Shown here one piece after another: positions 61,400 to 64,000 of a stretch of 64,000 nucleotides of DNA. The notes under the pieces are model-generated. The model saw only the letters and a program-made list of their open reading frames with translations, was not told the origin of the DNA and ran no database searches. Where the stretch lies: assembly GCA_001179505.1 (NCBI GenBank), contig CDMY01000499.1, forward strand, positions 124,001-188,000, written 5' to 3'. The position numbers were made by a program, and so were the translations under genes. This stretch comes from Vitrella brassicaformis CCMP3155. Its lineage: Eukaryota > Protista > Chromerida. Each line of letters opens with the position of its first letter. Position 1 is the first letter of the stretch.

Positions 61400-62300
61400 T
61401 CGTCCTCTAATACCCTCACCACGCGAGTGGCCCGGCCGGTGGCAGTTGCTGCACTCGCGAAACCAATTGCGCGAAACCGCTTTGCAGCGCCACTGCCGCA
61501 GCTCTTCGAAGGGATAAAGGGCCTTCGAGGGGGTCGTTGCCTTCCCCAGTCGCCGCCGCAGGCCCCACACTGCCCTTCCATATGCATGAACTGGGCCGCC
61601 ATTGATGCACACCATTTGGCCGCCAGAAGAGTGGGTCGTCTTCTCGTCATCCGCCCAGGAGGCATCCGAGTAGGCGAGAATGTCGACACCACTCTGCTCG
61701 GGGCCGGTGAAGCAGATTGCCTTTGTCGCCGTGCCCAGCAATAGCGTACGACGCGTTTGGCGGCGGTGAGGTGTTGGGGCGGGGGATCGTTGCCATGCTT
61801 GGTAAGCTCCTTCACTTGGAACGCGGCATCGAGTCGGCACACGATGGCGGCGAAGAGCAGCGACCCGACCATGCTCTGGTACAGTTGCTTGTCGACGGCG
61901 GGGGCTGGTTCGCGTGGCTCTGAAATGTCGTAGATCTCATCGCTCCAGCTGCAGAAATGAGACCACCCAATGAATGACGACATTCCGTTGCATGCATGCT
62001 TCTCACCATCAATACGCCTCCTCCTGACGACCAGGCCTTCACCACTCGAGTTGCGATGGAAAGAACAAAGCCTAAATCATGCTATTCTGCCATTCCTTCA
62101 GTAGCGATCGAATGCGAGACAGAATTCCTGGCCTTGGCCAGCCTGCGCATGCACTCGGCTCCATGCCTACTCCTCACTCGGCAAATGCCGAACGGATTGA
62201 AAAGGTTGCGGGGGTTGCATCCACATCCCGGTATCAGCTTCTCAGGTGAATGCGTGCACTTTGCCATGCGGCTACACAGTCAGTTGCTATGACGGTCGTA
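61400..62300 (-). mobile_element. Ty1/copia LTR-retrotransposon remnant (integrase trace, RT C-terminus, RNase H)
   Basis: LYQSMVGSLLFAAIVCRLDAAFQVKELTK...HLTAAKRVVRY (copia RT C-terminus) and LAYSDASWADD..THSSGG..INGGP (RNase H start). Frameshifted and heavily deleted; no LTR identified. Confidence 0.85.
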
Positions 62301-62350
62301 GCAGTCCATAGACTAAATGCATTCACCCACTCATCATGAGATCCATCGAG

Positions 62351-63578
62351 TCAATATCCATAGTGCATCTGACGGAAGCGTTCCGCCATGAGAATGCTGC
62401 CAGCCACCCCTGCATTCAGGCTGTCAGCTGTATGTGCCGCCATGGGGACGTATAGAGGCTGTATGCTGCCGTCATGAATGCTCTCACGCACCTGATACAC
62501 ACACAGGACACCAAGATGTGTCTGCAGTCTTCGTGTCGTTGTGTTTGACCATCGTTTTAACCGACCGGCTCACTGAGGCCATGCGGCTCGCCACCGACGA
62601 TGATTGACGAGGGTTGTGTCAAATCAGCCTGACACGTACACAGACAGGCAGGCAGACAGGTAATCCGTGCGACTTGATGCAACCTCCCCCACCCCTTGCA
62701 GACCTGGTAGCACACAATTGGCTGCCTCTCTGCTTCTCCTCTCTCATCCGCATCTCCAGTGGCCGACGCATCAGCCGCAAATAGGCGAAGGTCCCTTTCC
62801 CTGTGCTTGACAAGCGTGTGCGTCTTCCATCCATCTGACATGACAATGGGGAGGTGGAAGGTGGCGCCCATAGCCGCTCGCAGGCACTTTTGGCTCCATG
62901 GGTCGGCTGTATTGGGCAGGCACTCGATCCAATCGATGTTGAAGGCCCTGCAACAAGACAGCGCATGGCAATGCCACCCTTATGTGCACACACAGGGCAG
63001 GGCAGTGTCTGTTCTCACCTTGCGCTGCGAATGAGAGTGCCGACGTTGCCTGGGTCGCGAAGGCCATCCAGCACCAAGACCAAGCGTGGCTGCGCAGGCA
63101 GTCTCCATCGAGGCCGCTGGACGGCCGCCACGAGCATCGGAGGCGTCTTGACATCGCTCAACAGACGCATCAACGAGCTGTCCACCCTGACACAAGCGAA
63201 CAAACGCGCGTAGACGCATGGGTGCAATGCATCGACCATTGTTGTGCGCACGTTTGTACGAGCGTACCTGATCACTTTGCCTGAGTCCAGCCGCCCAAGG
63301 AGGTCCCTCACCCGCCTTCCCGCACCGCCTTCCAGCGCACGGTCCGCGAAAGCAATGGACTCCACTACAGGCTCCTGCAAGAGGCAGGGATGGGACGAGC
63401 CGACGTTGATGGTGTCCTCTAGAATGCGAATGCCCTCCAGCAACACCAAGCCGCTCTCCTCTCGAGCACTCTTGTCGCGAAGTGCCCGAAGTCGCTTGAG
63501 GGATGGGTGCCGAGATGACGTGATGGGCGGGAGAGCAAGGGGTTCGAAGAGCAGCAGCAGGGGCAGGCATAGGTGCAT
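62351..63578 (-). CDS. SpoU/TrmH-family RNA 2'-O-methyltransferase
   Basis: ITSSRHPSLKRLRAL..LLEGIRIL, LVLVLDGLRDPGNVGTLIRSA, DPWSQKCLRAAMGATFHLP, IIVGGEPHGLS, and a last exon PMAAHTADSLNAGVAGSILM..Y*. Confidence 0.92.
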
Positions 63579-63804
63579 AGGGCGGGAGATAAATGCCGGA
63601 CGGGCGGACGGGCAAAGGAAATGGAGGGATACGCAGGCAGGTAGTGGGTGGTCAGATCACTGAGGCCGCACGCGGATCTTCAGATCAGAGCATTTCCGAG
63701 CGAAAAAGAAAAAGCTCGTCCCTATTGCGAGCTGTGAGAAGTTGCAGACCTCCCGCCTTCTTCCGGCGAAAGCAGGACATCTAAACAGCCTCACGGCGGT
63801 GGAG

Positions 63805-64000
63805 ATGAACCATTTCCGCCGGCGCACATTCATCCCAGCTTCCCGGACGATGACCCTCTCATCGGCCCAGCTGTCGGCTGACGAAGGAAGGCGCTCCAAG
63901 CTGGTTGCACGTGTGGTGGCTGCGTGCAAGAACGAGAGCATGGTCGATGCGCGGCACTGGGAGAGGCTGGCAGTGGACCTGAGGGCCAGCACAAGGGATC
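63805..64000 (+). CDS. 5' part of an unknown protein with a presequence-like N-terminus (partial)
   Basis: Open frame MNHFRRRTFIPASRTMTLSSAQLSADEGRRSKLVARVVAACKNESMVDARHWERLAVDLRAS runs to the window edge, divergent from SpoU. Confidence 0.4.
   Translation, partial: MNHFRRRTFIPASRTMTLSSAQLSADEGRRSKLVARVVAACKNESMVDARHWERLAVDLRASTRD

Noticed and set aside
1-64000. tRNA, rRNA, snRNA genes and LTR pairs
   Set aside because: No recognisable cloverleaf, rRNA or snRNA signature or paired LTRs by eye. A covariance-model scan would be needed to exclude small RNAs.

Overview
Intron-dense, GC-rich eukaryotic nuclear DNA. It is most likely from a chromerid alga such as Vitrella brassicaformis. This is an inference from the short microsatellite-rich introns, the bipartite plastid leaders on ispE and fibrillin, and one member of a lineage-expanded family I recall from Vitrella. 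The window holds about 20 spliced genes or gene remnants. From left to right: an atypical protein kinase (runs off the left edge), a hypothetical protein, a PAP/fibrillin, a FAS1 + FN2-like secreted protein, a PTB/hnRNP-L-like 4-RRM protein, two head-to-head paralogous U-box proteins, a COA3-like membrane protein, a frameshifted TPR-SET gene, a TM-RING-H2 protein, a rolling-stone/FAR-17a-like membrane protein, a lineage-family gene with an in-frame stop, ispE, a signal-peptide-bearing 5-phosphatase-like protein, an 11-kb fused NADH-glutamate synthase, MYCBP, an ABCG transporter, a coiled-coil protein, a SpoU methyltransferase and a 5' partial gene at the right edge. From 57.2 to 62.3 kb there is a decayed Helitron enclosing a RING-TLDc host-gene fragment, followed by a Ty1/copia remnant. 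Three 300-N assembly gaps are present. I recognised no tRNA, rRNA or CRISPR array. The most notable observations are (1) a pervasive 5'-(CA)n ... (TG)n-3' self-complementary intron architecture, (2) apparent Helitron gene capture, (3) a ~260-aa linker with a duplicated motif in glutamate synthase, (4) the inverted U-box paralog pair and (5) an intron bounded by a 13-bp direct repeat. All gene models were spliced by eye and their boundaries are approximate.
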